Assembly (NCBI GenBank): GCA_965203295.1
Contig: CBDBCZ010000017.1
Span: 1,568,001 to 1,632,000, forward strand
Direction of reading: 5' to 3'
DNA: 64,000 bases
Origin: Nitrospirales bacterium
GTDB lineage: Bacteria > Nitrospirota > Nitrospiria > Nitrospirales > UBA8639
Part shown: positions 35,065-48,134 of the stretch, piece by piece
Numbering within the stretch: position 1 is the stretch's first letter
Layout of the letters: each line of letters starts with the position of its first letter
Position numbers and translations under genes: made by a program
Notes under the pieces: model-generated
What the model saw: only the letters and a program-made list of their open reading frames with translations
Database searches by the model: none
Told to the model about the DNA's origin: nothing

Positions 35065-36735
35065 GCCAGTAGTTGTAATTATGATTAGTGAGTAAGTCTT
35101 ATGTCGGTATTCCAGTGCTTGAAAGCCACACCTACTAACACCTTCAATCCCCAAAACACACCTGCATGTCTCCTAAATATTAGGATAGGGTTGAAAACAT
35201 AAGTGAAGGGGGTTTCCTTGTGAACCTAGTGGTCTAAAGGGCCTAGATTGTTTTCCTTGAATAACAAGGACAAATGGATAAAACTAGTATTCGCTCGCTC
35301 GTCAACATGAGTTATTCAGGGGAAATAATGATCAGTGCTATTTTCTGACTATTGGTCCTAGTTAGAATCACACTGGTATGGTTTTCCATGCATATCTCAC
35401 ATTTTAGCTGCACAAGGCTAGTAGTTGTAATTATGATTAGTGAGTAAGACTTATGTTGGTATTCCAATGCTTGAAAGCCACACCTACTAACACCTTCAAT
35501 CCCCAAAATACACCGGCATGTCTCCTAACTATTGGGCTGGGGTTGAAAACATAAGTGAAGGAGTCTCCTTGTGGTCTAAAGGGCCTAGATTGTTTTCCTT
35601 GAATTATAAGGACAAATGGATGACACCAGTATTTGTTCACTCGTCAACATGAGTTCTTCAGGGGAAATAATGATCAGTGCTATTTTCTGACTATTGGATC
35701 TAGTTGTAATCATACTGGTATGGTTTGCCTTGAATATCTCACATTTCAGTTCCACAAGACCAGAGTTGTGACTATGATTAATTATTTCAGTGTGCAAGAC
35801 TTAGGTCAGTATTATGTTAGTGCTATTTCCTTCACAGTTACAATCAGGTAGAAGTGAGCTATGCTCCTAGAGCACTGAACAAGGACATTCTGAAGGAAAA
35901 GCCAACTAATATGCTTCAAACCATGCCCAACAGCAAGAAAACAAGTTCGGTTAGGAGATTGAAGGTGTCAGTAGGTGTGGCTTTCAAGCTTTCTAATAGA
36001 ACCTAAGTCTCGCTTAGTAAAGCACCTAATTGGGTAGAATTTCTGACCTTATGGAGCTATAATGTGAGATGTTGAGGGCAAACCTAGCCAGTATGCTTCA
36101 GACCATGCCCAATAGTCAGGAAATTGCTTTAGTGTTCATTTTCCTTGAGTATCTAGTGTTGACGAGAGCGCAAGTTTTGTTTCTCCCCCTGTCCTTATTA
36201 TTCAAGGTAGAAGTGAGCTATGCTCCTAGAGCACTGAACAAGGACATTCTGAAGGCAAAGCCAACTAATATGCTTCATACCATGCCCAACAGCAAGAAAA
36301 CAAGTTTGGTTAGGAGATTGAAGGTGTCAGTAGGTGTGGCTTTCTAATAGAACCTAAGTCTTGCTCAGTAAAGCACCTAATTGGGTAGAATTTCTGACCT
36401 TATGGAGCTATAATGTGAGATGTTGAGGGTAAACCTACCCGGTATGCTTCAGACCATGCCCAATAGTCAGAAAATAGCTTTGGTTTCCATTTTCCTTGAG
36501 TTGATGAGAACACAAGTTTTGTTTTCTGCTTTTATCCTTGTTATTCGAGGTAGAAGTGAGCTATGCCCTTAGAGTACTGAACCAAGACATTCTGAAGGCA
36601 AAGCCAACTTATATGCTTCAGACCATGCCCAACAGCAAGGAAAGAGGTTTGGTGTGGCAATTGAAGGTGTTAGTAGGTGTGGCTTTCAAGCTTTCTAATG
36701 GAGCCTAAGCCCTGCTTAGTAAAGCACCTAATGGT
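35065..36735. repeat. Two opposed blocks of ~350-bp diverged tandem repeats
   Basis: gaaagccacacctactaacaccttcaat (35121, ~35473) versus its reverse complement (~35958, ~36317, ~36660). Confidence 0.8.
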
Positions 36736-38022
36736 AGCTACTTATTCATGACATACACCTAATGGTGATTTCATCTTTTCAAATACGACACATACAGGCA
36801 TGTCATTCATTCTAGAACTGCTTCATAGTGCCAATGGATTTACATTAAATTTCCCCCCCTTTGGTTGGAGTGCTTCATTACACCTTAAAGGTGTTGATGG
36901 TTTAGTAGGGCGTTTTGCCAACACCCAGGGGTGTCAAATGTACACCGTTTGTTGTCAGGGTGTTTCACTACACTGCGTAAGGGGTGTTCCACAACACCCC
37001 ATTTTTAACAGTGTATCTAAACAAGGATTCCTTCTGTGGGACAGAGCACTCCAAGAAGGAAGGTACCAGGATCTGGATATCTCCTAGCCATGCAGTAAAG
37101 GGCACGCTGAATAAATGTAGATTCATGTACAAGCACAGCAAAGAAGATTCTGGCCGAAGTCTAGCTTACCATATTTCATCATCTTCTGTACTAGAGGTTT
37201 CGGTGGATGCATCAGATGCATCCTCTGAGTCTGAAATGAAATATTACTCAAAGTTATAGTAGATCAAGGCCTATGAGGTAAAGTTTACCTACCAGTTGGT
37301 TTTTTTTTGTAATGTTTCTATCCAAAAAAAGCAACTACATGACCCTGTTATTGTTCAAAATCAATGTGGTGTTAATGTGTTATTAGAGACATACCTTTGG
37401 AGTACAGAGTTTTATGTTTAACCTCTCCTCGAACTCCTTCTTGAGTGACCCACATGCTTCGTTAATCTGTACAGCTTCCAGTTGGAGTGGACTGTAAGTG
37501 ATTATTATGTGTATGTAGTAGCCACTTTCTCAATACCAAGGGTGTTGTCTGAAGCAGACAAACTTGTTATGCATGCATGCATGATGATATACCATTTAAA
37601 TAAAAAAAGTGTACTGTCTTTCATCCCTCACTTCACAGGAAGCAAACTGTAAGATTACAAAAATAATGTGCACATCAACAATTTGTTAGCCTCCTATATT
37701 CATGCACTACATTCAGCTGTAATTGGCAATTAATTTGACCACAGATGCAATGTGGGTGGTTTCCCAACTAGAAGTACATGTAGCAATTCCAGATCTGGTC
37801 GGAGTCTGGAAAAGATGGTACAACACCACTTAGCTGCTGACTGCCAGCATTCTGGATGGCTCTGTATATGAGCCTATTATGTTCCAAAATGTGAACAGCC
37901 AACACAGCTCAGTGGTGCAGTGTGTCACTCCATGATAAACTTCATCTTGTCCTACAGGAAACAGTAGTGATATTACGCAGTATAAACACAGAAAGGCAAA
38001 CCGTACTAAATTATACTAGTGT

Positions 38023-38330
38023 CTGCCTTGCTCGTGGCAGTCTCCTACACTGCCACGAGCAAGGCAAACAATGGTCAATGATGTACTAGAGTGCCACAGG
38101 GGAGGCTCTGGAACCACTACAATAAGGCTCAGAGCACAAGCAACCGTTCCACAGAAAAACTGCCTTGCTCGTGGCAGTCTCCTACACTGCCACGAGCAAG
38201 GCAAACAATGGTCAATGATGTACTAGAGTGCCACAGGGGAGGCTCTGGAACCACTACAATAAGGCTCAGAGCACAAGCAACCGTTCCACAGAAAAACTGC
38301 CTTGCTCGTGGCAGTCTCCTACCGTGACTG
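38023..38330 (-). repeat. 137-bp hairpin array, reverse orientation (~2.3 units)
   Basis: Reverse complement of the 32713 units. Confidence 0.95.
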
Positions 38331-39469
38331 CCATAAGCAACAGCTGTGAATGATTAATGAACTAGCGTCCTGGTAGCAGGCTCACAACAGAAGCAACCAG
38401 GCTACTCTAGACAGAGTCACGTCCGCTGTAGTCTCCTGCGTGCGTTGTCACGAGCAAGGCGAACCATGGCAAAATGAATCGTGAGCCAAACTCTGTCTAC
38501 ATGATTACGACTTTTTCGATCGTGTATTTGTTTATGCAAGGCGCGTATAATAGGAGTGTATGTTATTTACAGTAGCGCTGTGTCCGGTCCGGTAAACGCT
38601 AGTGCCTTGCTGGTGGCGTGCCTTGTACGTGGCGATGCACACACTTAAGTGTGCATTAAGCGATTTAACGTGCGGTCATGTGATCGAGTTTGAGACTTCT
38701 GATTCGTCGAAGGTCACGTGAGTAGCACTAACCATAGATAATAGTATCTATGCTCTAACCTTCCCGTCTAGAGTCTGGCCCCGCGAGACTACAGTGCTGG
38801 CTGATGAAACAATGTCTCTCAGACGACCCACACTCACCAAACAACACTCCACCTTCTCTGTAATAGACTCAATCACATTTTTAGAATTAGTATGTTCTTT
38901 CCTTTCTGCTTCTTCAAAAACGCTGTGAACCAACTGGAAAAAACCGCTCCAGCCGTTGACGGGCATTTCTTTTAGTCACGTGATGCAGGCGTCTTTATCA
39001 CGTGATGTCATGTAACTGCGTTGCACGTGCGCGATAATTCTGAAACAAATCGCGCGCCATAGAGATCCACATACCAACGACTATATATATATATAGCGCT
39101 AATTTGCGGGCTGTGACGAATTAGTCTCGTGCCGTATTAATTTGCGGTCTGTGACGAATTAGTCTCGTGTCGTATTAAACTACGCATAGCGGAAGTGTAT
39201 CGAAACGTTACCGTCCTACTTTTAGCCCTGATCACGTCCATCTTACGCTGACTTACCACATAGGAGAACGCGGATTCGAAGGTGAGGGAACTGCTATCTT
39301 AATTGTGTGTACCACTGAGCTGCTTGTAATTGAGTCATCTGATTTGACACAAATAACTATGTGACAACTTTCATTCTTAATGTTACAGTAGGGATCTAGC
39401 TACATTCAAAACATGTAGCTAGCTATATAGCTACATGTACCTGACAATTGATCATCGATTGCCATAGAC

Positions 39470-40426
39470 AACTTTGCCAAAAAGTGCAAAAACAAGTCAT
39501 GTAGGGATGGACTTCCACCAAAAAACACTTCCCCAAAAACCAATGAAACAAGCGACAATGCACGTGCATCGCAATGCATGCACAGACTACCCACACATCA
39601 CAGCGCAATGCATTTATTGCGTAGCTACCATCCCTACATCTTTCCAACCACACCCACCACAATCGTGTATATGTGAGAGGTGAATAGTGGTAGTGTAATT
39701 TAAAAATTTAAAATTGGTGTGTGTGTGTGTATCGCTAATGACTGAGTGTGTTGGAGGTTGTGGAAGGTAGCTGAAAGTATTCATGGTTTACATATTGGAC
39801 TAGTGAGTCATTGAGGGTGGAGTCATGTTTGTATAGGGACTTTGGTTGTGTTTGGTTGTTGAGTGTGATGAAGTTTGTGAGTGTGTGTGTGCAGGTTCTT
39901 CGTAGGGGAAGTCTATGTGGGTGTGTTTGGTTAACTGTAGATTGAGTGTTGTCAACTTTGTTGAGTATGGTGGTTGATGTGAGGGATTACTCTGCTTGGT
40001 TTGTGCTTGTGAATGTGGGATTTATGGAGCAAAGTGCATTTTGATGGAGTAGCTAACATTCCTGTGAAGGTTTAGGGTTGTAGTGTGGGGTGCTGTGTTT
40101 GGTGAAGTAGCTATGTAATGGTTGTGGATAAGGATGTAAGGGTGGTATATGATGGTGATGATTGTAGATGGTGGTGTGTGTTGAAGAAAGTATTGGGTGT
40201 GCAGTTGAGTATGGGGGTGCATGTGGTGCGGATAGTGGTGGGTGTGGTTGGAAAGATGTAGGGATGGTAGCTACGCAATAAATGCATTGCGCTGTGATGT
40301 GTGGGTAGTCTGTGCATGCAATGCGATGCACGTGCATTGTCGCTTGTTTCATTGGTTTTTGGGGAAGTGTTTTTTGGTGGAAGTCCATCCCTACATGACT
40401 TGTTTTTGCACTTTTTGGCAAAGTGC
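39470..40426. repeat. ~190-bp near-perfect inverted repeat around a GT-skewed spacer
   Basis: 39470-39660 is the reverse complement of 40236-40426. Confidence 0.9.
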
Positions 40427-40529
40427 TTTTTCTGTAACTTGTTTTGGGGAGTTTTTTGGGAGATGGTAACAAATGCGTAGGTGTAAATGTGTGTGGTGGA
40501 ATGGAACGTGTTTTAGGATGTTGTGCATA

Positions 40530-41143
40530 CCGTATAGCCGGAAAATTTGGCGGGGAATTTAATTTGGCGGTTTGGCGGATTTGCGAGCAAACCGCCAAAT
40601 TAAAATCCGCCAATATTTTTGCTTGATGTCATTGAGATCTTCGGTAGGCGGAGTTTGGAGGTCTAAAGTGCGAAGAGACTCAGATATGGCGCTGTTTAAG
40701 TACTTCAGCAGAGTCCCGACGCTCCCTGCGAAAGTCCCCTCTCTTTCTGAGAAAGAGCTCGAAAGAACTAACGCAGACGTGAAGCAAAATCTTCCTGGGA
40801 ACGTGGCCGACGATGGTATCCCCTCGCATGACTGCCACAGCGTACCGGTCCTTGTCGTTACCAGTTTCTCGCTTGCATGGCAATTCTTCCCCCACGCTCG
40901 GCGTCCATGTATCCTTGTAGACGTGAAGTCCTCGAACACAGCTTTCGACTGTCAGTTCCATTGCAGCGCAAAATAATCGACACCTCGATTGACAATGAAC
41001 GTACGGCTGCAGGAAAATGGGCGGGGCGTTTCGGCATGACGTCATTTCTCGCAAAACTAAAAACCGCTAAATTAAAATCCGCCAACTTGAATCGGAGACC
41101 AATCCGCCAAATTTAATTCCCGCCAAATTTTCCGGCTATACGG
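40530..41143. mobile_element. TA-flanked Tc1/pogo-type non-autonomous element with converging gene fragments (putative transposase N-terminus on +, HIRAN-like domain on -)
   Basis: ta|CCGTATAGCCGGAAAATTTGGCGGG TIRs; MELTVESCVRGLHVYKDTWTPSVGEELPCKRETGNDKDRYAVAV..IVGHVPR. Confidence 0.8.
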
Positions 41144-42851
41144 TAGTATAGGTTTCGATTTGTACTCCAGTCAGCATCAGGAAGACCTTCGCCTGCATGC
41201 ACATGGGGGGGGAGGGGGGGGGGAGGAAGGTCTCTTGTCAAGTTCAGCTATGTAACTGGCACGTGAGGCTGCCTTTTTCTTGTCAGGGCCAGCACCATAG
41301 CTAGTGCGGGAAGTTGCTCTAGCAACTGCTTTTATACTTTGTCGGTTTTGAATGTACATCGTTTATTCTAGGCCCTTTTCTTCCTCAAATCATTAGGCAT
41401 ACTGCATGCAAACTACCTTGTAATTCCATAAAGACTAGCAATTACATGAATAAATGCATGACCTTGCTTTCATGCACTTTACACTTTCACTCAGTAACAG
41501 AGGACCGAACAGCACGATCAAATGTAGGCTTTAAATAGACCAACACGTGCTGGCAGGCAGTCTGTGCATGCATATCTTGCCATAAAATGGCCTATGAGTG
41601 GCAAGTGTCCACTCAAGATTGCTCCTTAACACTGCTAACTTAATTCGAGTTCTTTGAAAATGCTATGACCGAAAGGCACTACCTGAGGGTCAATCATGCC
41701 CGTTCGTGTTGGAATCTTTTTAATCGCTTCAACCATTATTGTGCTAGTCTAAAATGAAGATAGACCATTCGGCGGTTTTAACCACTTGCTGCTTTAGTGC
41801 TTCAGAGATGTTCTTTAGCAGTGCTAACAGCCTGGTTAGTGACTGATGTTGAACTGCAAATTATCACCAAGACAAAGATATCTATTGCAGTTTCTAGTGT
41901 CACAAAGACGAATAGCTGCCTGCCCCCCTCCAGTAGAGTAAGTGAGAGGGTGTCCGGATGGTAGGGGTTGTCTGGACATGATAAACCTCACTTACAAGGC
42001 TTTTCTGCCTGTTCTTGTATAGCAAGTGAACAACAGTAGCTCACGAAACATAACAAAGGCAGACAGGAAGGCCCAGAGAACGAGGTAAATTTGCTGTATC
42101 CTTGTGTATGTCCAGAAAACTCCACCCTTTGGACACCCCCTTACCTCAGTAGCTAGCTAGATGATAGATAATGGCTACTTACCCTACTACTCATCCCATT
42201 CTTAAACAGTACCGCTAGCCAGAAGCCGTCAACCAAAATAATAATAGTCAGCCACATGAGTAAGTATATTATAGCGAAAAGTTCGGGTGACTTACAAAGT
42301 GAAGAACCAGGAGATGTAGCTCAGGCCCGACAGGTGGCATATCAAAGGTAGGCGTTAAATAGACGAACACGTGAAGTCTGCGGTTTCTAAAAGCCGGAAC
42401 GGTACAGAACAGTAAAATTAAATGGCGTAAAACGGCAAGCGTCCACTCGAGAGTACTCGTGAATCACTGCTAAAACTCTTCGATTTCTATGGAAAAGCTA
42501 TGCTGCGAGTGCAATACCCCAGAGAATATCCAGCTTGTTCGCGCTTGAATCATTGTGATTGCTTCAGCCGTTATTGAGCTAGCCTGCCTGAAGAAAGAAG
42601 AATCAGAATCAGAATCAGAAAGAAGTGTACGATTACGCCTCGCCCCCCGAGTGTGTCGACTTGCCGGTTTGGTACTCCAGCGAAGCTTTCTAGCAACGCT
42701 AACAGTCTTGTTGCTGATGAAAACACTCGAGATGCCATGGTATGGCTCATAAAACTCTGTGACTATAATCAGAGCCGAGTTCTGAACGTATGATTTTGTA
42801 CGCGCTATATAGGGCCGCCATTTTTTTCCCATGCCATCCCTACATATGGAG

Positions 42852-43553
42852 TAGTCACAAATTTTGCCACTACCTCTTGTTATCGCTCTTTTAGCTCGTT
42901 CCCTAACTTCCAGCCCACTTTGATCCTCAGCGCCGATCGCTTTCAGTATCGGCACGAGGATAAGTGGTCTGGAGACTTAGGATCAATTCACGTGAACCTC
43001 TGGAACGCAATTACTGAATGAGTCACGAGTACAGTACGCGTAGGCCACACCCATTGCCGGCTTCAATGGCTCACGGACGACGAAGACTCTATGGACTGAG
43101 CTTGGATTGGGGCGACTCGTCTCAGCTTATCAAAAGTCCAATTAAGGAAGCACCGAATAGCAGAGGCTCTTCCCACTTCAGTGGGTAGCAAAACGAAAAC
43201 ATCCCGCCCTCGCACAAATTTTGCCACTACCTCTTGTTATCGCTCTTTTAGCTCGTTCCCTAACTTCCTTCCAGCCTCCATAATCGCCGCTGAAACCTCA
43301 CTCTCTGAACGTTCGGCCATAGCTAAGCTGCTTAAGAGACTGTACGCCGATGTCACGAGAAAAGAATGCTATAATGATCGCTCTCACGTACCCAAATTAC
43401 TCTATTTACACGATCTGCAATTTCATTGGCTCTAGTGAAATTTCAGTAGAGATTTACGTGAAGTAATCCTAAGTCTCCAGACCACTTTTCCGCGTGCCGC
43501 ATACTAATTGCGATCGGCGCTGCGGAAATTAAGTGGGCTGGTTCACGAGACTA
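42852..43553. mobile_element. TAG..CTA element with 9-bp TSD (Academ/AcademH-like, non-autonomous)
   Basis: TSD catatggag on both sides; long imperfect TIRs. Confidence 0.8.
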
Positions 43554-44323
43554 CATATGGAGTACTACCGTACTCCATGATATTCCTACTCTAGGCCTAC
43601 TAGCTATGGTATTGTTCACTGTGCAATAGATGCTTCTTTATTTTACCCTGCGGCGCATAGCTGGGTGGCGATGGGGTAAGGTGATTGGTTATATCCGTCT
43701 TTCGTCTGTTGTCTGTGGTGCAGTATGGTACTGTAAATTCATGCTACTGTGTATATACACAGTAAACACAAAAGGATCTCTTGAGTGACAAGTTGATAGC
43801 TAGAGTGGCTATGCAAGCGTGGCAGTGCGTACCACTTTAACTTGTATGTGTTGTAGAGAAGTATGAGGATAGAACTCTGCAGAAGTGAAGAGAAGAGCTC
43901 TCAATTTTTCGATTTGATATCAGATTCAAGTAGGAGCAATACCAAAGATAATAATTATCATCACCACTTACTAGCCTGGCTTGTCATCTGATCCTTCGTG
44001 CTACCTGAAGTGCCAGTGCAGTTACTGTTGCTATAATCTAAGTTAGTTACATATCTCCTCTAATGGGAGCTACGTGATTTGGAAACCCTCAGGCCCTTAG
44101 TAGCATCTTCGCTTCACTCGGGAACATGGGACCCCCCTTACTTTACAAGGAATATGGGAACAGGGGCCCCACATATGGGGGCCGCGCCCTTTTCTATCAT
44201 AAGCATAACAAAGGCATGCAGTGATTATTTTTAATACCTTAGACACTATTACACACACAAGACTTTAGGATCGGTAGTACAGTACTGCAATGCTGTAGAC
44301 TCCACCACAGTACTAGTCAGTGC

Positions 44324-44406
44324 TAGCCTCGTACCCAGGCCTTCCCTCACAGCTTTTTTCGCAGCCCAGGCCTTCCCTCACAGCTTTTTTCGCAGCTACA
44401 AGGCTA
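44324..44406. mobile_element. TAG..CTA mini element, 9-bp TSD agtcagtgc
   Basis: Direct 9-bp flanks; internal 31-bp duplication. Confidence 0.75.
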
Positions 44407-46147
44407 AGTCAGTGCCCCCTGTTTGTTGTTAAACTGGATCCAGAACCACAGTCACCATTATCAGTCCGTCTCCGATTGCTAGAGAATAATTATAACCTGG
44501 GCTATCTGCTTTTCCAGGCTTGGTGTAGCTAATCTACTTTATAGACATACTAATAGTCATTCAGCTTCACTAGCTGTCCCATCACAGTAGCTAGTATACA
44601 AACCCAGTGATCCCGTTCGACCACAGCTGTATAGGAACATAGCATTGTACTATAGTGGTACACAAAACTCTTTTATGGATTATAAAGCACTGCAAAGAAT
44701 CCAGGGTGAGTTCAACCTAAGTTGGGTTGCCTCAGTTGCAGTCCATGCCTTGACACAGCATTATGGATCGATACTTGTGCAAGGATGTAACCTAGCTTAA
44801 GGTAACCTTCTAGGGAGGGTGTTTAGCCCAAATGCTCATGAATCAAATCATAAAATGAGGTGATGGTGTAGAATATTCAATACACACAATATTCAATGAC
44901 GCTTGACATTGTAATATTCAATGACGCCTGGCATTGTTTGGCTTAGTAAGCCAAATAATTCCACGCGTCATTGTAAGCTAAACAATGCCACGCGTCATTG
45001 AATATTGGTCCGTGAGACCAACTAGCTAATGCTAGCATTATTTCATGTAGCTAGTTTCAAGCTTGAAAAGGCAATTTACGTTACTTCTGTGCAGTGATTT
45101 ATCCTTTACCGTCAGTGAAAATCCGATACCTCCGCAAAGCTAAATGTACATGTAATAAATTATAGCTATTTAATGTACATTACCATGGTAACCACTTCCT
45201 CCCACGCTTATAGCACTCAAAGAAGGCCACATACAAGGATCATTGCTATACCAATGTCCATTAAATCAGTTAAAGGTCAGTTTGGGTGAGGGGTTAAAGT
45301 CCTCGGCTTTGCCATGGACTTTAAATTCCCATCACCGAAACTGCTATTACATGTACAGTTGTATACCGTGGCTTTATAATACAATTACAAACAGCTGTTA
45401 GTTTTGACAAGCGCTAAATGCTGAAGCCTTAGTTGCCTGGCAGCCATGTACTCTGGGGTATAGAGGTGCATTATGGTACAAGTAGCAATATATGCACTCA
45501 AGGTAGGGGCAGGGCCACAACACCACATCATGGGTAGTAGAAGTGTAGCTCACCTGTACACACTGTAAAGCATTGTAATAAGCGGTGAGTTGCAGATTGA
45601 GGGAGTTCAAGAATGAGAACACATGTCAATGAGTGATGTGTCTGTAATGGCAATAGCTATGTTGTCACATTCTCGGACTAAAAATACAAAAAAAAATTAG
45701 CTAGTATCCATGAATGTATATGTGTTTACAGCTTTGAACCTTAAACAACAACCCTCTAGTCAATATGACAATTCGATTTTTGATGTTCATAAAGAATTTG
45801 ACTCAGAGTGTGATGATTGTGTTACACAATGTGAATGTGGTTCTATAAGAATGATCACTCCACCTATGACGCCATTAGATGCTGCAGACAGTGCTAGCAT
45901 GAAACCTAATGAAGGATCTGTAGACGAAAGTGTACAAAATCGATTTATTTGGAAAGCTCAAGCTGTAGTTGAAACTTAGTGACCTGCAGTTTTGATCATG
46001 CCATACGTATTTACGCTGAAATATTGCTGAACTTTTAGAGCTACACAACTTTGTTTATACTACTAAAAGCTTACAGAATAAACTTAACATTCATACACAA
46101 AGTCGTATACACACCGGGTAAAAAGCTATAGTGGAACGGGAAAGTAA

Positions 46148-46301
46148 GGTAAATGGGGGTAACTTCGGACGTACTTTTTATAGGGGGTAACTTCGGACAC
46201 TCGCTAGGAAACGATGCACAATGCTGCGCACTGTACATCGCACATCGTTCCCTAGCGAGTGTCCGAAGTTACCCACGTGTCCGAAGTTACCCCCATTTAC
46301 C
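46148..46301. mobile_element. Palindromic MITE, PIF/Harbinger-like
   Basis: TIR ggtaaatgggggtaacttcggac; flanks taa/tca; nested second inverted pair. Confidence 0.6.
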
Positions 46302-46585
46302 TCACCACTGGTTGTTGCTTCTGATTTCACGCCCATCACAATGTCTGTCAGGGACTGAGGCACGAAAAACAATACAGCTGTGGTTAACACAACCTCAGGC
46401 AGCTGCAAAAACGTTGATTATCTGAACAACACGCATGCTCGGCTTTTCTGCGTGCTGTTTCAGCACTGGTATTTTTACAGTGATATGGGTAAAGCCACCC
46501 ATGGTGGTGGATCCCGCAAACTAGCAAAGATATACTACACTCGTGCTCTAATTAGGTCTGTTAGAGACCGATGCAGTTCACTATA

Positions 46586-48102
46586 CCGTAGGCGCCAGTT
46601 TTTAAGCACCGGTGCTTATCGGGACAATAGCAACAAAATGGGTGCTTAAAAAGCGGAAAATGCCTAAAAGCGAGCTGTTTTAGGCCACGCCCACAATTAT
46701 TTGCCACGTGCACGCGTGCAAATTTAGACAGCTATTGATCGATCTGCTACGCTTATAAAGAAGCAATCGTTCCTAGCTTTTCAAGCAGTTCTGCCTTTCA
46801 ACAAGAAAGATGACTTCTCCCGGGGAAACCGCAATTTACATCCATCGCGATGTCATCAGAGGGCATCATGTGTACAAGGCCCTGGCCCTGACATAACAGC
46901 TCTACTTCTCACCATTTTATTCCAGCTGTTCCAGCAGACCGAGCAATTCGTTATCCAAACACTTTAATTGGTCGAACTAGAAGGTACAACTCGAAAGTGA
47001 TCCGTCGGGCACGACTTTAGCTAGCTACCGGTAGATAGTTCAACAAAAAATTCTTACTCTTGATAGCGTATAATTAGAATAGGTGCTTATTGCTGCCCGA
47101 AAAATCAAGAGCGGGATGGGTGCTTAAAAGTGTACAAGTAGTTGTGTTTGTTGAACTCGCTCGCTTTATACAGATAGAGATTAAAGATGTAATCTGCATG
47201 TGATTTGTTGGTTTGTAGGGTACATTTAGCTAGTAGTGTTGCTGGCAGACTGAAGTGTGGAGACAGCGCTACAGAGAAGACTACAATCAACTGTAAAACA
47301 GTTTAGGCATGCTGTGACTACAGCCTAGCTCTTTACAGCCATAGCCTAGTTACATATCAAGTGAATGGCACTGATTATATTCTCAGCATGGCTAAGGACT
47401 ATACCGCAACTAACCTTTGTGTTAAAGTGCCTGACATCGCGAGACTAAGTCTTGTAGTCGCTGGAAAGAGCTAGCATCTTCTTGCACTTCACATACAGAC
47501 ACGTGGTACTTTGACCTGTGACCGTGAACTGGTCACAGGTCGAAGGTGCATCCGGGAGCGCGCGCATGCGGCTTCCGTTTCCGTTTTTCACACGTACGCA
47601 CGGACGGACGAACGAACGGACGTATGGCACGCCAAGCATCACAAAATTATGGTGCCGACTTCAACTTCCGGAAGTCGTAATATTACGCCTTCTCTGATGC
47701 AATATTACGACTTACTCCAAGTCGCAATATTACGACTTGTAAGCTGCAATATGACGACTTCCACGAAGTCGCAATATTACGACTTGCAAGCTGCAATATG
47801 ACGTAATATTGCAACTTCGCGGAAGTGCAAGTCGTAATATTGCGACTTTGTGTAAGTCGTCATATTGCGACTTCGTGGAAGTCGTCATATTGCAGCTTAC
47901 AAGTCGTAATATTGCGACTTGGAGTAAGTCGTAATATTGCATCAGAGAAGGCGTAATATTACGACTTCCGGAAGTTGAAGTCGGCACCATAATTTTGTGA
48001 TGCTTGGCGTGCCATACGGACGAACGAACACACGGACACAACCAGGCGTAATAATAGATAGGTGCTTAAAAGTGAAGGGTGCTTAAAAACCGGCGCCTAC
48101 GG
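46586..48102. mobile_element. TA-flanked element with CCGTAGGCGCC.GTTTTTAAGCACC TIRs, containing a nested palindromic insertion
   Basis: ta|ccgtaggcgccagtttttaagcacc ... ggtgcttaaaaaccggcgcctacgg|ta. Confidence 0.75.
47621..48018. repeat. ~400-bp near-perfect palindrome built of ~21-bp aagtcgtaatattgcgactt-type units
   Basis: Arms of ~170 bp are reverse complements; flanked by (GGAC/GAAC)n. Confidence 0.9.
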
Positions 48103-48134
48103 TACGTGCAGTTTTGAAACATTGGGGTCAGGGC

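Larger units (their letters stand above)
33585..37013. mobile_element. CACTG-terminated (EnSpm/CACTA-like) non-autonomous element with 2-bp TA TSD, nested in element B
   Basis: ta|CACTGTTAAAAA.GGGGTGTT ... AACACCCCATTTTTAACAGTG|ta; empty site ttaca-ta-tctaaac seen (reverse complement) at ~24257. Confidence 0.85.
32350..38639 (-). mobile_element. Non-autonomous Ginger-like derivative B: long TIRs including hairpin arrays at both ends, integrase deleted
   Basis: 32350-33200 and 38020-38593 are inverted copies; interior is reverse-complement homologous to 24657-23460 then jumps to ~21300; terminus TGCATCGCCA at 38639 resembles TGTAACGCCA. Confidence 0.8.

Noticed and set aside
38748..38966. 72-aa ORF as a gene
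   Set aside because: Coding-like start but cut by a cgcgagacta element end with no continuation or recognisable domain
40053..40613. 186-aa ORF, and the 161-aa ORF at 42470-42955
   Set aside because: Cross repeat or transposon boundaries, low complexity, non-ATG starts
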